In this document: positions 1 through 12,699 of the stretch, piece by piece
Numbering within the stretch: position 1 is the stretch's first letter
How the letters are laid out: each line of letters begins with the position of its first letter
Assembly: GCA_051453625.1 (NCBI GenBank)
Contig: JBOZIK010000001.1
Span: 44,760,139 to 44,800,090 of the forward strand
Source: Welwitschia mirabilis
Taxonomy: Eukaryota
DNA length: 39,952 nt
Direction of reading: 5' to 3'
Program-made: the position numbers and the translations under genes
The notes under the pieces: model-generated
The model's input: the letters and a program-made list of their open reading frames with translations, nothing else
What the model was told of the DNA's origin: nothing
The model's database searches: none

Positions 1-1650
1 TTAAAGGTAAATATATAGTTGAACAAATAGCAGATCTATTAGATGAAGCTAAAGTTGAAACCTCAAGTGAATCTAAATTGTTCCTTAATGAGGAAATTCA
101 ATTTATAGAAATCAAAAAGAATTGGAATGTACTAATGTTCTTCAATGGTGAATCAAATATAAATTTTGGTTTTGTAGGAGTAGCCTTTTCTTGAGCAATA
201 AAATTTATTTACGATTTTCCTTTAAAGTAAAATTTTCTTATACAAATAACATAGCTAAGTATGAAGCCTTATCTAGAGGAATTACTCTATCACTTCAAGG
301 TAGTTTNNNNNNNNNNNNNNNNNNNNNNNNNNNNNNNNNNNNNNNNNNNNNNNNNNNNNNNNNNNNNNNNNNNNNNNNNNNNNNNNNNNNNNNNNNNNNN
401 NNNNNNNNNNNNNNNNNNNNNNNNNNNNNNNNNNNNNNNNNNNNNNNNNNNNNNNNNNNNNNNNNNNNNNNNNNNNNNNNNNNNNNNNNNNNNNNNNNNN
501 NNNNNNNNNNNNNNNNNNNNNNNNNNNNNNNNNNNNNNNNNNNNNNNNNNNNNNNNNNNNNNNNNNNNNNNNNNNNNNNNNNNNNNNNNNNNNNNNNNNN
601 NNNNNNNNNNNNNNNNNNNNNNNNNNNNNNNNNNNNNNNNNNNNNNNNNNNNNNNNNNNNNNNNNNNNNNNNNNNNNNNNNNNNNNNNNNNNNNNNNNNN
701 NNNNNNNNNNNNNNNNNNNNNNNNNNNNNNNNNNNNNNNNNNNNNNNNNNNNNNNNNNNNNNNNNNNNNNNNNNNNNNNATGATGGTGTCTTACAAAGAT
801 TCCTAAAGTTAAATAAAGCTTCTTACATCCTAAAGAAAATGCATTCTAGTTTATGTTCTTTTCATTAATGGAAAAATCACTATTAATCCATGTGATAAGG
901 TCTAGTTACTTTTAGAAAATTATAAGTGATGACAATTTTAAAATGATAAAAATGTGTTATATGTGTTAGATATTTTCACCAAGGATGCATCAACCATCCA
1001 CTAAACACTTTTCTTCTGATCCTATTTGGGTCTCTATAAAATGAGATATGGATTTAATTGATCCAATTATTCCAACTTCATTTTAACAACATGCCCACAT
1101 TCTTATTAAAATTGGATAATTTTCAAAATAGATATAAGTAGTACCTTTATGTCAAATAACCAAAAAAATAAATCCAAATGTTCATTCTAGATTACATCAT
1201 CATGAGATTTAATACTTCTTATATCATTATCACTAATAATAATCTATAACTCAAATATATTGAGTTAAAAGTTTTATTGAATAAATTTGAGATAAAACAT
1301 TCCTTTTTTACTATACATTATCCTCAAATAAATGAATAAGATAATTCCATAAACAATATAATCAACAACGATCTTAAGAAATTACTATAAAGGAACTTAG
1401 AATTATGGCATGAAAAATTCTTTTTTGCATTATGAGCTGATTATACTATAGTAAAAATTACTAAAATTTCTATAGGAATAACCCTATTTTAATTAATTTA
1501 TGGACCATATAATTTTAGATTTCCATCTTAAAAACTTTGATCAAAGATCTTAAGTTCTGTAATTTTAAAAAAGGAACATAACTAACTTAGCTAAAAAAAC
1601 TAGATGAACAATGGTTAAGAGCACTGTAACATACTCAAACTTTATTAAAA
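1..1650 (+). pseudogene. Degenerate Ty3/gypsy Tat/Ogre-lineage pol fragment: additional (archaeal-type) RNase H followed by integrase
   Basis: Manual translation gives KGKYIVEQIAD..NWNVLMFFNGESN..GVAF and SFKVKFSYTNNIAKYEAL (aRH motifs W.M.FDG and TNN.AEYEAL). After the gap: DGVLQRFL..MHSSLCSFH (integrase zinc-finger start), DMDLIDPIIPTS (~WGMDLIGPI) and KKLDEQWLRAL (integrase C-terminus). Many stops and frameshifts. Confidence 0.85.
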
Positions 1651-1659
1651 TAACTAGAA

Positions 1660-4059
1660 TATCATTGATTCTCCATGGGTTGATTTCAATTTTTAATGTT
1701 TTACCTATTTATGATTCCAATACCAACAAATGGCATCAAAGTGAACCTGGATCTCACTAAGATTTATCGCTAACTTGCACATTCTTAATTTGATATCTTA
1801 TTATCATGAAGTTTATTCTAAATTTTTAAAGTATAGTTTTTTTCCTTAGCATTCTATTTTTCTACAATAATAACCATGCATATATCTTTAAGAGATCTTG
1901 TAAGAATTTATAAAGATTATCTAGGATTTCTTAAGTATAAATCTTTTGATATTCCAAGGCCCATATTTACATTTTTCCTCTTTCCTTATTCATTTGCCGT
2001 TATTCTCATCATCCATTCTCATGTTCTATTTTTAATTCTTTGCATTTATCATGTTAGTATGTGCTTCAACAATTTCTTAATCACTTTCCCCTTTACTTTT
2101 ATCTGCATTTTCCATTTATTCCTACCTTTGATACTTGTGTTATTCTCATACTCCACATGTTTATCTTTTACCTTTATTTCTATACTCTGATATGTATGCT
2201 GTTTATATCCTAATGTCATATATTTTTTATATATTATTACTGTAATTACATTTCCTATAGGCATAACTCTATTTAGATATGTTAAATTTCATTTAATACT
2301 ATCATATCCTACCATTCAATAACTTCAAATTTCATCTATTCACATGACATTCTATTTTTATTTTTGACAAGTATTTATCTTGCTAAAAATTTTATCCCAC
2401 CTACATAAGTACCTACTTACTTATCATAATACAACAAGATGATATGGAAACTTCTAATTAGTAGTAGCAATCCAATGGCTACCAGTCATAGAGTGAATTC
2501 ATATTAAATTTGGATAACCATGTTTTATTTATCCATCACATTTTCATGAGTCTTGATATTCTCCTTATAGTTTCTTCTACGCTTAACATTGTTTTCTTTA
2601 AATTATTTCATATGTATGGGAACACTAGGTAATAACAAAAGTGCATAACCATACATTTTTAATGGAACTTCCTAGAATAACTATTGCCTTGAAGGTTCTA
2701 TGGGCCTAAGAACATAAAACCATAAAGGCAACTGTATGGATTACTAGGGAATTTAATGGTCACAATTATCATAACCTTTTACAAGGATTATGACAACAAT
2801 AATTCCTTCACATCTAAACCTAATTCTAATGCTAGAAAAAACCCATCTTCAGTGCCTCTGCAATTTCCAAAGTCTTATTATCTACTCTAATCATTTCATT
2901 ATCTTTATTACTTCACCATCACCTATAATAACAACTAAATAAAATCGATTCAAAAATAGCTATTTTACAAGAATAATTAGAAATAATCACTCTAAAAAAT
3001 ATAAAAAGCCTTTGAAATTCTACACCATCTAAGAAAGAAATATGATGAATGAAACTATTAATATTTATAGTACCTCTATGTTTCAACTACTCCTAAAGAA
3101 ATATATTCAAAGATGGATGTAATAGCTCTTCAAAATTATTTACTAAAATAGGTTAATAAATTCATGTGTTCTTCAAATACTAATAAAAGTTTTAAAGAGG
3201 AATATTAAAAAAGGATTCTTTCATCTCTTTTCTATAACAACCTGTGTAAAGATCAAAGAATGAAAATCTTGAATGAAATGTTAATGGCTATAGATATTAA
3301 ACCAAATATGAAAGGAGGTATTAATAGGAAAAATACTAAGAGGAAGGCTCCTTTAAAATATGTATTATCTCATAATCCACATTAGGAAAGGGTCATCCTA
3401 GGAAATTTAATTAGATTTATCAATGCTTTAAGGAATAGGAAGTTTAAATCTTTACTATCAAAGAATATAATTGAAAAATACTTTAAAAATAAGTTGATGC
3501 TATCATAAATAACAGGTCTATCGGAAATGTCAAAGTAGAAGCTTTTCTTTAGGAGGAATACATGAAAGGATAAGAGATCTATTAGTCAAAATTTGTCAAG
3601 GAAAGTTAGAAGAAACAAGCTTAAAAATTATAGATTAAGGCTTCAAATATCATATCAAATATGAAAGGGAGTATTGATAAATAAAATACAAAGAAGAAAC
3701 CTTTTTTTAAAAATATATCATCTAAAGATACCAACCAAATAGTAACTCATAATAAAAGTATTAGAAGATTACCTAATGCTATGAATAACAAGAAGTCTAC
3801 CCCTTTCTCATTAATCAATCTAATTAATAAAAATGTCAATAATAAATTCATAACATTTGTATATTTACAAGCTTGGATTTTAAAGAATAAACAAGTAAAA
3901 AAATAAAGGTAAAAGAAAGAAAAATACATGAATAAAAAGGTTTGAAGAAAAAAAGTAAAGAAAGAATGTAAACATAATTGAATCATCAGAATATGAATTA
4001 GAATCCATTACAAAATTAACCATTGAAAATGTGATCCTCATAGATGAACTCAATGTTAT
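1660..4059 (+). mobile_element. Unclassified, heavily decayed LTR-retrotransposon 5' remnant (LTR tail, PBS, UTR, possible gag)
   Basis: A PBS-like motif, then a pyrimidine-rich UTR-like stretch, then A-rich coding-like sequence. No diagnostic protein motif was recognised. Confidence 0.35.
1731..1742 (+). promoter_or_regulatory. Putative tRNA-iMet primer-binding site of a decayed LTR element
   Basis: TGGCATCAAAGT resembles TGGTATCAGAGC and lies 2 nt after a CA (1727-1728), as expected for an LTR end followed by a PBS. Confidence 0.55.
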
Positions 4060-5472
4060 TATAAGGGTTAGTTAACTTAGAGGGGATGGGTGAATGAGAT
4101 CTACCAAATAAAAACTCTACTAAAAATAAATTAAAATTTACATGATAAAACCTTACTAGATTTAATGTGATTCCCCAACATAGGTATGTCTATAGATAAA
4201 GGGTAGCATCCTCTCATATCTTTAAATATACATAGCTTATAAACAAGTGATTTTGGAGTAGCAACAATCTTACATACAACTAAGATAATTCTTGCAAGGT
4301 AGTACTCTTTTCCCTTCAAGGATTTCTAATAAATCAAAATAGAAATATGCTCACTAGCACATCCATACAATAGTTTTCTTATAGTTTGGAAACCCTAGTA
4401 AGGGATCCTAAGAATAAAAGTAAGTAATGAGCTATAATATGTATCTTCAAAAATCTAATAGCCTTTACAGTTCCAGCACTAATAAATAATAATATCAAAA
4501 GAATCAACAAGCCTAAAAAGATGTTACTTTGATGAGCATTTGAGTTATTCCTTATCGTCATCACTTACAAGTGTTTTAGATTAGAGTAATGTAGCTATAG
4601 TAAGATCCAAGGATTCAAAAATACATTTAACACACAATATATTTTAAATATATGGCTAAAAGCTTTACATCTAGTACTAATAACTCATGTAAGTTACATC
4701 TTTTTCTTCTCTCTTTATGTCCTTTATACTTTGATGTCTTCCTTGTTCTTATCTTAGAAAGATAGCAGTTTGAAAATGTTTAAACATTATGCAACATATA
4801 GAAATGGCTGAGTTTTGATCATCTAATGGCTATTTATTTTTTATAATATTTTTAGGATAAACATCTTTGAAATAATAGACGTCTATGTTAGGAACATGTC
4901 TTTACTTTGAAAGACATCTTTAGTTAAATTATCTATAATTTAATAAAACTTAAACTACTATAATTATGACCTTTACAGATAAAAAATACAAGGTGTAAAA
5001 TTTGCTTAATTCCCTAAAGTATAGATAAATCGTCAAAATACAATGTGTCTCTATTACCTCTTCTAGTTTAGCATAGGTATATTTATCTCTATAGATATCT
5101 TCTATTAGATGAAGTAGTATATACATCTTTAATTTGATATACATATTTCCCCTATCTTAACATCATAGTTTAGTATAGATGTCTTTAATATTATAGATAA
5201 CTTTAAATGTATAACTAATTCTATTTTAGTATTATATTTCTTTAATATTATAGATGTCTATTTAATAGATGTCTTCATGTTTAAAGATATCTTCAATTAG
5301 TTGTATATGTTCTTTACGGAATTTGAGATAAAGCTTTTGAGTGCTTTGAACTTTGAGGTTTTGGTTAGATTAATCCTTTTTGCAATTTTAGTATTTTCCA
5401 AATTTATCTTTCTATACAATAGACACATTACTTTTGATAAGTGAAATAGTTAAAACTAGGATTTCACCAATA
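4060..5472 (-). repeat. 3' LTR of S1 (~1.4 kb)
   Basis: Its 5' start (minus strand TATTGGTGAAATCCTAGTTTTAACTATTTCACTT) resembles the S2 LTR start (..AAATCTAGTTTTGATGATTCCACTT). It contains many AGAYRTCT motifs. Boundaries approximate because the TG/CA termini have decayed to TA. Confidence 0.7.
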
Positions 5473-5779
5473 ATCTTTTTTTTTTTGATGATGTTTAAAA
5501 CTTGACAAATCGCATTAGTATAGTCATCTTTATAAGTTAATTAAAATAACATAATCTAAGAGAGAACATAATGTACTACATGAGACATAAAATAAAATTT
5601 AATAGTTAAAAAAATATTTATTAACCACACATAATCATTTGTAAAATAGTAAGCAAAAAGTGGTATAAATTATTAAACACATGTTAAAGAATAACTTGTA
5701 TTACATACAAGGGAAAAAATAGTGATAGATAATAAAGGATTATGAAATATATTCCAATAACAAACAGTGATCATTAATA

Positions 5780-7501
5780 ATGGTGTCACTCATAGGAGGT
5801 CCAATCCATCTATCTTAGGTTCATATCCTCTATACTCATACGGGATTTCCAATAGTGTCCAATATAATTTACCCATCTTATTTCCCTTCTTAAATAGTAC
5901 AAAAAGAGCTAATCACTAAGAGCTAAGTCACTAGTATGTTGAGTGTCATATCCTACATCATCGCTATCATTGTTACTATCCCTGATGGTAAAGGTCTGGA
6001 TGGTGTACAAAGAAGAAGAAATGAATGGATGTGTGTGTTTCTTACTAGATTATCACTATGATAATCATCTTGGCCCTAAGATATATATCTCCTCATAATG
6101 TAAGTACATATGAGGGGTAGTGAAAGTGTCAAAGAAGCTATCAGTAGCTATTTCGACATAACAATAAGTTGAGAATAAAGAAGTGCTAAGAGAAGGATCA
6201 TGGATGGAAATTATAAGAGGTAGTAAAGAGAAGGAATGTGCGATGGAGATGATAAGCATGATTAAAGTTGAGGATACGTATAAGCGTAAATGAGTAATTT
6301 GTGACAAGTCCTATAAAAGATGAGAGACTAGTCATTAAACCTCTCAGAATCCACTTCTACTCCTTCCATGTCTATGCCAAATCTTGATGCTCCTCCTATG
6401 TCTATGCCTATTCTATTGTGAACCTTGATAAATTGGAATCTACTACACAACCTAATTTATAACCTATAGTAGGAGGTGTTGGAGGTGTTTCTTCCTCTGA
6501 TTCCTCCTCCAAACCAAGTAAAAGTTCCCATGGATTTCCAACTACCTATAGGGGTATCTCCCTCACTAGCTGCATAATGGTGCTTTTTCAATCTTAAGAG
6601 ATTTTGTCAAATCTTTTCTACTATTTTACTAATAGCCTTGCAACCCTTCTTTACTAATAATCAACTATGAGGAGATAAAGGGTAAGAGCACTAAAATTAT
6701 TCCTTAGAAGGTATACTACTTGTGCATTCACTTACTCTTTAGCTACTAAGGTGCTAGCATTACTAATAATCAGGCTAATCAAGCAAGGATAACCCAAGGT
6801 CTAGTCCTTAAAAAAATAGTAATGATATAAATACATAAAATAAAGCCAAGATTAATCTTCATCCTTATGAAAAATCAATAGACTATAAAAGTATGTGTTG
6901 GATTACAATAACTGTAGCTAACTCCCCAAATATGTATATTATAAAAGGTGATTAAAATTAAAATAAATGTACCTAGTACCATATATTTTTGTTTTATATT
7001 TTCATAAAAATTCAACCTTGAATGCCTAAATATCATGTTTCTCAATGAACATCATGAAATGTGAATAGAGCAGCATAAGAAAATATCTTTGAAAAAATGC
7101 ACTTATAATTATGGAAGCTCCAAATCATCAATATTAAGCATGAAATTTACAGAATTGGGTGTAATAAATAAAGAAGTATCTCATACTAGAGTTTAAAAAG
7201 TTATAGTGCTATCATATATCTCATAAATATTTGCATAGAATTCCCTAATAATGGGGTCTAAAATGTCCTACTCTAATTGAACAACCATGTCCCAATCAAG
7301 ACATGAGAAATAAGTGAGAAGATAATCTTTTCTATGCTTTTGGAACTCAAAAGTTAATTCTATAATAATAGAGTTTTTGATCTAAGTTTTAAAACTTTTT
7401 ATAGCTAACTTATGATAGAATTATGATTCATACTGTGTTCTGTTAGTTTCTATGATAGGTTTCTTATCTTTTAAGGCATTAAAGGGCTTTATATTCATCA
7501 T
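5780..7501 (-). pseudogene. Extra (env-position) ORF of S1, putative plant transposon protein (PF20167/Transposase_32-like)
   Basis: From ATG 7501: ..FSCLDWDMVVQLE*DILDPIIREFYANIYE.. (LVREFYAN-type motif), then MKINLGF and LGYPCLIS. The 3' end is uncertain. Confidence 0.7.
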
Positions 7502-8158
7502 TTTTAAAGAGAAAAATAGGAAGAACTAAACTTCTAATAATAAATGTAAGAGAATTAGTGATAAAGAAGTAGCTATCAAGAAAAGAGCATTTGTTGTGCT
7601 AGATATGAAAAATTCTTTTAAATCTAAGACATCAATTTGGAGAGATATGAGAAAAACTAGACTTGAAAAGGACTATGAGAGAGATACTTATTAACTAGAG
7701 GATTGAAAATCATAGATGGTGGTCCCTTCCCTAAATAAAAAGGATTAAAACCCTTGTTTTGAAATGCATTTTATTTTCTGATATAGTTCTTGAATGATGT
7801 CTACCAGTTTAAAGACATTTAAAATGATGAAAGTAGACATCTATCTCAATAAAGATGCCTTCTAATAATAAACTTTATGAATTTCTTACATATTATGAGT
7901 ATATTTACACATCCAAAGATGTCTATACTGAAAAATCAAATATGACATGCTTGACCTTCAAAAACATCTGCCAATTAGACATTTCCATGATAGATGTCTT
8001 CCATTAAAATTTAAAATTTTCTATAGCTAATAATGTGATTAAAGTATCATAACAAAAAGGCAATATAACATGCACATAATTTACTATTTTATGGTTTAGA
8101 TATTATCTCAACTCATAAAATATCATAATGTGAAGTTGAAAGTTTAAGAGTGATAACC

Positions 8159-9649
8159 TGATGTACTAGAAAATCTAGTTTTGATGATTCCACTTGTATA
8201 ACATTTTATATCATTATGTAGATAGGTAACTGCAGGGACATCAGACCTTGATAGGTAATAAATCATGATGAATCTTTAAACAAAATATCTCAAAAAAGGA
8301 TTAGATACAAAACTATAAAATTAATTGATTAAATACATTTGATAAATTAAAGACATCTTGAGTGAAGACATTTAAAAAGTTAAAGATGTCTTGTATGTGT
8401 TAAGTTTAAATCATAGGCTAAAAGATGAGTACCATATTTAAGATGACTGAGATAAAAGTTGAAGTTAACATAGATGAAGATGTCTATGTAATTAGAGATG
8501 TCTATACTGAGGAAAAATAGATAATAGAGTTAATTTTATTTTTAAATCATATCTTGCATTTTAAATGAGCTATGAATTTGTACATTGTGAATTCATAATT
8601 ATGAAGGTCTAAGGATAGAGAAAAAATCATTAGAATCTAGACTATTTTACTAAAGACATCTATAAAGTAAAGACTTCTAGCTATGAATAGACATCTATAA
8701 AAATTAAAATGTCTTGGACCAAAGTTCATGTTGATTAAAATCAAAGTTATGCACCCAAAGCATAGATATTAGCTATCCATTGCACATTGATTACAAAATC
8801 AAATGGCTACCTTTCAAGATAAAATAACTAGATCTTCCCAAATTTATAAATCATTTATGTCACAAAACAAAAGAGAACTTTTGGCAGTTCATTAATTAAT
8901 TATAAATACAAAGATTTCTCGAATCTTAATGACCAACATCAAAAGAAAGCTTGCATAAGTAAAAGGCACTTTTCATGAAGAATCAAGGCATCATTGCAAA
9001 GGAGCTAGCATTACTATTATCATTCTCTCTAGGATCTTCATTATTGCATTTCTCATTCATACTCATGAAAAAAACATCAAAGAGCTTAAATCTTCATCAA
9101 AGCAATACCATCAAGCTTATTGTTATATTGTATTTTTGGTTTACATTATGGACTATCTTATTATTAAATATTATTGTAAAGTTAATTTCTTGAATATCAA
9201 ATATATTATAAGGAAATCCTTATAGTGGTGTGCATTTGATATTGTGCTTTTAGCCACTTATTTAATATAAGATTATTAGTGTACCAGAAAACCATTATTT
9301 CCTTATGAGGAAGAGACCATTGCCTTGCAAGGAGACTCTTACTATTGTAAAGGTTTGTGATGCAACTATGAAGAACACTATACCCTTGCAGGAAAAAAGT
9401 TCTACTTTTTAAGGAGACTCTTATTTGTTATAAGGTTGATGATGCTCTAAAAACCACTATTTCTTATAGGTTAAGAATATCTAGAGGTGTGAGTAGAGGC
9501 TACCCTCTATGTATAGATGTATCTAGGTTGGGAAATCATGTTATCTTAGTAAGATGTATTATTATTATGCATTTTTATTTTCTTATTTGACATAAATTTT
9601 ATTATTTTGGACTTATTTACCCCTCCCCTTTATGTTCAAATGATCATCA
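8159..9649 (+). repeat. 5' LTR of S2 (~1.5 kb)
   Basis: Starts TGATG (8159) and ends CATCA (9645-9649), immediately before the PBS. Dense AGACATCT/AGATGTCT motifs at ~8350-8715. Confidence 0.8.
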
Positions 9650-9651
9650 AG

Positions 9652-9663
9652 TGGTATCATAGT
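9652..9663 (+). promoter_or_regulatory. tRNA-iMet PBS of S2
   Basis: TGGTATCATAGT versus consensus TGGTATCAGAGC, 2 nt after the LTR-terminal CA. Confidence 0.85.
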
Positions 9664-9710
9664 GAGTACTCATGAAAATAAGTAACTTCCTTAATTGAAT
9701 AATCCAAGGG

Positions 9711-11259
9711 ATGCCATCTGTTAGATATCTACTATTTGATCGAATAAACTATGCCTATTGGAAGATTAAGATTAGGGTGTACTTATAGTCTTTTGAGTTT
9801 TAAATATATTAGAGCATAGAATGAAGATACTTAAATCATATGGAAAATGTTACGAATGTTGTAAGCAATACCATTATTTAGATCAAGAAATGAAAAGACT
9901 AAATAGATGAACAAAAATTTGCTTTCATGTATGAATCTAAAGCTAAGAATGCACTTTATTCTACTTTATCTATAGAAGAGTTCAAAAAAATTACAGGTTA
10001 CAAGATGATAAAAGAAACTTGGAATGTTCTAGTTGAAACATATAAAGGCACATCTACTATGAAATAATCTAAGCTTCTAGTTTGGATAAATCAATTTAAA
10101 AATCTAAAAATAAATCATGAAGAAAGGGTTCATGGGTAATTTACCATAGTTTCAAGAATTGTGAATGTAATACAGGGCATTGAAGAGGATTTTATAAAAG
10201 CAAAGGTTATTTAAATTGTTGTTAAATCACTAACCAATGATTATAGGCTAAAGACCATAGCCATGAAATAATCTAGAGATTTCAATACAATGAATATAAA
10301 AGAGCTACATAGTACTCTTACTGTGTATAAAATGAATCTCATTCAAGATTGATATTTGAAGGAAAAACCTATTGCACTTAAGGAAATCTAAAGCATCAAT
10401 CAAAGATCAAAAGAAAATGTAAAAGAAGAATAGGCAGAATATGACCCTAATGATGAAAATGAAAAGCCTGCTTTCATTAAAATGAGTTAAGATACTTCTA
10501 ACATGCAAATACAATTAGAAAAAGAAAAAAAAAAAAGACTCCGGAAAGCCACCTAGTTTTATATCTAAAGGTAAGCCTTTAAATAATGTTTCTTTTTCTA
10601 ATATTTCAAAAATAAAATATTGGGTATGTGAAGGATGACATCATATAGTCTTAAAATGTCCTTGTGTGACAGATTACAGAATAAATAATAAAAGAAAGAG
10701 ACAAAGAAAAAGAAATCATTCTTCATAGGATGGGATGATGATAAATAAGTAACAAAAGAAGAAACATCTGATAATAAGAAATCACATCCTTCATACATTA
10801 CACATCTTCAAAAAGAAGATGATGAGATTAATGATGAGTATGATTCAGATAGCAAAGATAATTTAGGTATGATCATTGAAGAAACATATATTACAATTTC
10901 TAAAGAATTTATTAATTTACAAAAAATATGCACTAAAATGAAAAAGCTACTTCACACTCATTAAGAAGCATTAAAAAAGAAAATGATGCTTGTAAAAATT
11001 TGTCCTCTAAAAACTTAACTCTTGAAGTTGAGGTTGATAGTATAATGTGTAAATTAAAGAATGTAAAATAAGAGCTTTTAAATTTAAAGAAAACCATTAA
11101 GATATTGACATAAGACAAAGAAGCTTTAAATATCATTCTTGAACAAAGTAAAGATCCAATGACAAGATTGGCTTGGGATAGAATGAAGAGAGAACTAGTA
11201 CTTTAGCCCTTCTATTTGAAAGGTAGAATTATAAACCAAGGTATGAGCATTTGGCATAT
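9711..11259 (+). pseudogene. gag: Copia (SIRE-type) gag: UBN2-like region, CCHC zinc knuckle, coiled-coil and GLGY-like motif
   Basis: LFDRINYAYWKIKIRVYL; ESKAKNALYSTLSIEEFKKITGYKMIKETWNVLVETYKGTS; knuckle KIKYWVCEG*HHIVLKCP (~10612-10663); DKIGLG* (~11161-11181). Confidence 0.88.
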
Positions 11260-11631
11260 TAAAAAGTCTATAATTTAACTAAAAATACTATAAAATAATT
11301 AACTATTTTTAACAAAATTATTAAAAATAAAGCATTACATTAACAAAATGCTAGAAAAATATACAACTAAGTTATCACATCTATACACAGACTTTAATCA
11401 TTAATAATTTTTATATATAGATTACTTTTATTTTTACTTTTGACTCAACTAAGAACTTTTCTTATTTCATCAGGACACGTACTTTGTGAAGAATAACTGT
11501 TCTTGGTAAAAAGATGTTCTAATAGTTACTCCACCTATAAACAACAGTTTACAGGATATGGGGAAATAAAAGTAACTAAAATAAAGAAAACATAGCCATA
11601 TTATGTCTACTAATTATTTTTAATTAATACA
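11260..11631 (-). repeat. Left part of the 3' LTR of Athila-like element B (continues at 26137-~26220)
   Basis: Colinear with the first ~370 bp of LTR 11632-12514. Joining 11631 to 26142 restores the LTR sequence ..ATACA-CTATCTTAATATTAACTCT... Confidence 0.8.
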
Positions 11632-12514
11632 TGAAAAGTCTGAACTATATCTAAAAATGCTATAAAATAATTAACTAGATTCAACAAAATTCTCAAAAAG
11701 AAGTAAAATATTAACAAAATGCTGGAAAAATCATACAACTTAAAATATTAAAATTGTGCACATAATTAAATCATTAGAATTTTTGTAAGGGAATTTCTTT
11801 ATTTTTACTTTTGACTCATATTAAAGACTTTAAATCAAGACATGAACTTTGTCAAGAATGACTATTCCTAATAAAAATATGTTTTGATAGGATTCTATTT
11901 ATAAATCATAGATTACAAAATATGGAGAAATTTAAAAAAACTTAAATAGAGGAAACATAATCAGATCACATGCACCCATTATTTTTAACTAACACATCAT
12001 CTTAATATCAACTCTATCTATCATCAATATTAAGATCAAGAAAGGTTAGCATGCAACTTTTTTAAATTACATACTTCAGCAATATAAGATTCTTTTATAA
12101 TAACATAGTTTGTATTACTTGATAAGGAAATACAAATATTAACTCTTCTTGTGTTTTCAAAATAGGCACTAGAGCTTTAGGAAATTACTTTAGAGCTCTT
12201 TCTCTTATGATCTCTTCACTTGAATGTCCTTTCACACGTTTCTCCAAGACTCTAAAACTATCCTCCACCTTCTGATATGTGCCTATTTCTAAGTGTAGTA
12301 GAAAAATGTTTGTTACTCCTTTCTTTGTATCACCTATTTATTTGTTATAACTACTTCTATTTTTCTAGTGCATCTCTCTCTTAACTGACCTGCATCACAA
12401 AGTTAACTCATAATAACTTATAATATATTATAATAATATCATAATATTAGCTAATAATTTATCATACTTTTTATTAGAAACATATCATAATGTACATTCC
12501 TTTTTGAGTCATCA
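11632..12514 (-). repeat. 3' LTR of element A (~880 bp)
   Basis: TGAAAAG..GAGTCATCA; roughly 80% identical by eye to 24725-26118; adjacent PPT. Confidence 0.88.
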
Positions 12515-12530
12515 GTTTTTCCCACACTCA
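12515..12530 (-). promoter_or_regulatory. Polypurine tract of element A
   Basis: Minus strand GAGTGTGGGAAAAAC directly precedes the LTR start TGATGAC. Confidence 0.7.
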
Positions 12531-12699
12531 TACAATTATTAATCCCTTAATAATATAATTTATATTATTTTCTTAAACACTTAATCTTTTTCTTTTTGAC
12601 TGTGTCTGGTCCTATCTCAACCTATGAATTTCTCGATTCCTTCAACGCTTCATTTCTTTAATTTATTCTTTAAAAAGGAATATATCATCTAAATTTATA

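Larger units (their letters stand above)
4060..8158 (-). mobile_element. Sirevirus-like Ty1/copia element S1: 3' LTR, PPT and extra ORF, interrupted at 8159
   Basis: TAGAGGGGATGGGTGAAT (reverse complement of the ATTCACCCC.CTCTA LTR end) at ~4078. ACCAATA|ATCTTTTTTTTTTTGATGATG (degenerate LTR/PPT junction) at ~5472. PF20167-like ORF and AGACGTCT-derived repeats. Confidence 0.75.
8159..11259 (+). mobile_element. Sirevirus-like Ty1/copia element S2: 5' LTR, PBS and gag, interrupted by Athila-like element B
   Basis: TG..GTTTTGATGAT LTR start, ATTTACCCCTCCCCT..CA LTR end, Met PBS, Copia gag. Confidence 0.85.

Noticed and set aside
191-868. Long ORFs in the track spanning N runs (also at 36498-37511 and 38535-38854)
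   Set aside because: They are artefacts of translating gaps. Only the flanks of 191-868 are real pol remnants.
1876-2190. Short hydrophobic ORFs as membrane proteins (also 3747-3986, 8975-9193, 24450-24701, 32588-32821)
   Set aside because: They are compositional by-products of T-rich UTR/LTR sequence or of the antisense strand of gag/pol.
11260-12000. Apparent ~370-bp tandem satellite
   Set aside because: Explained by A inserting into a related LTR, as shown by the TSD and the continuation at 26142.
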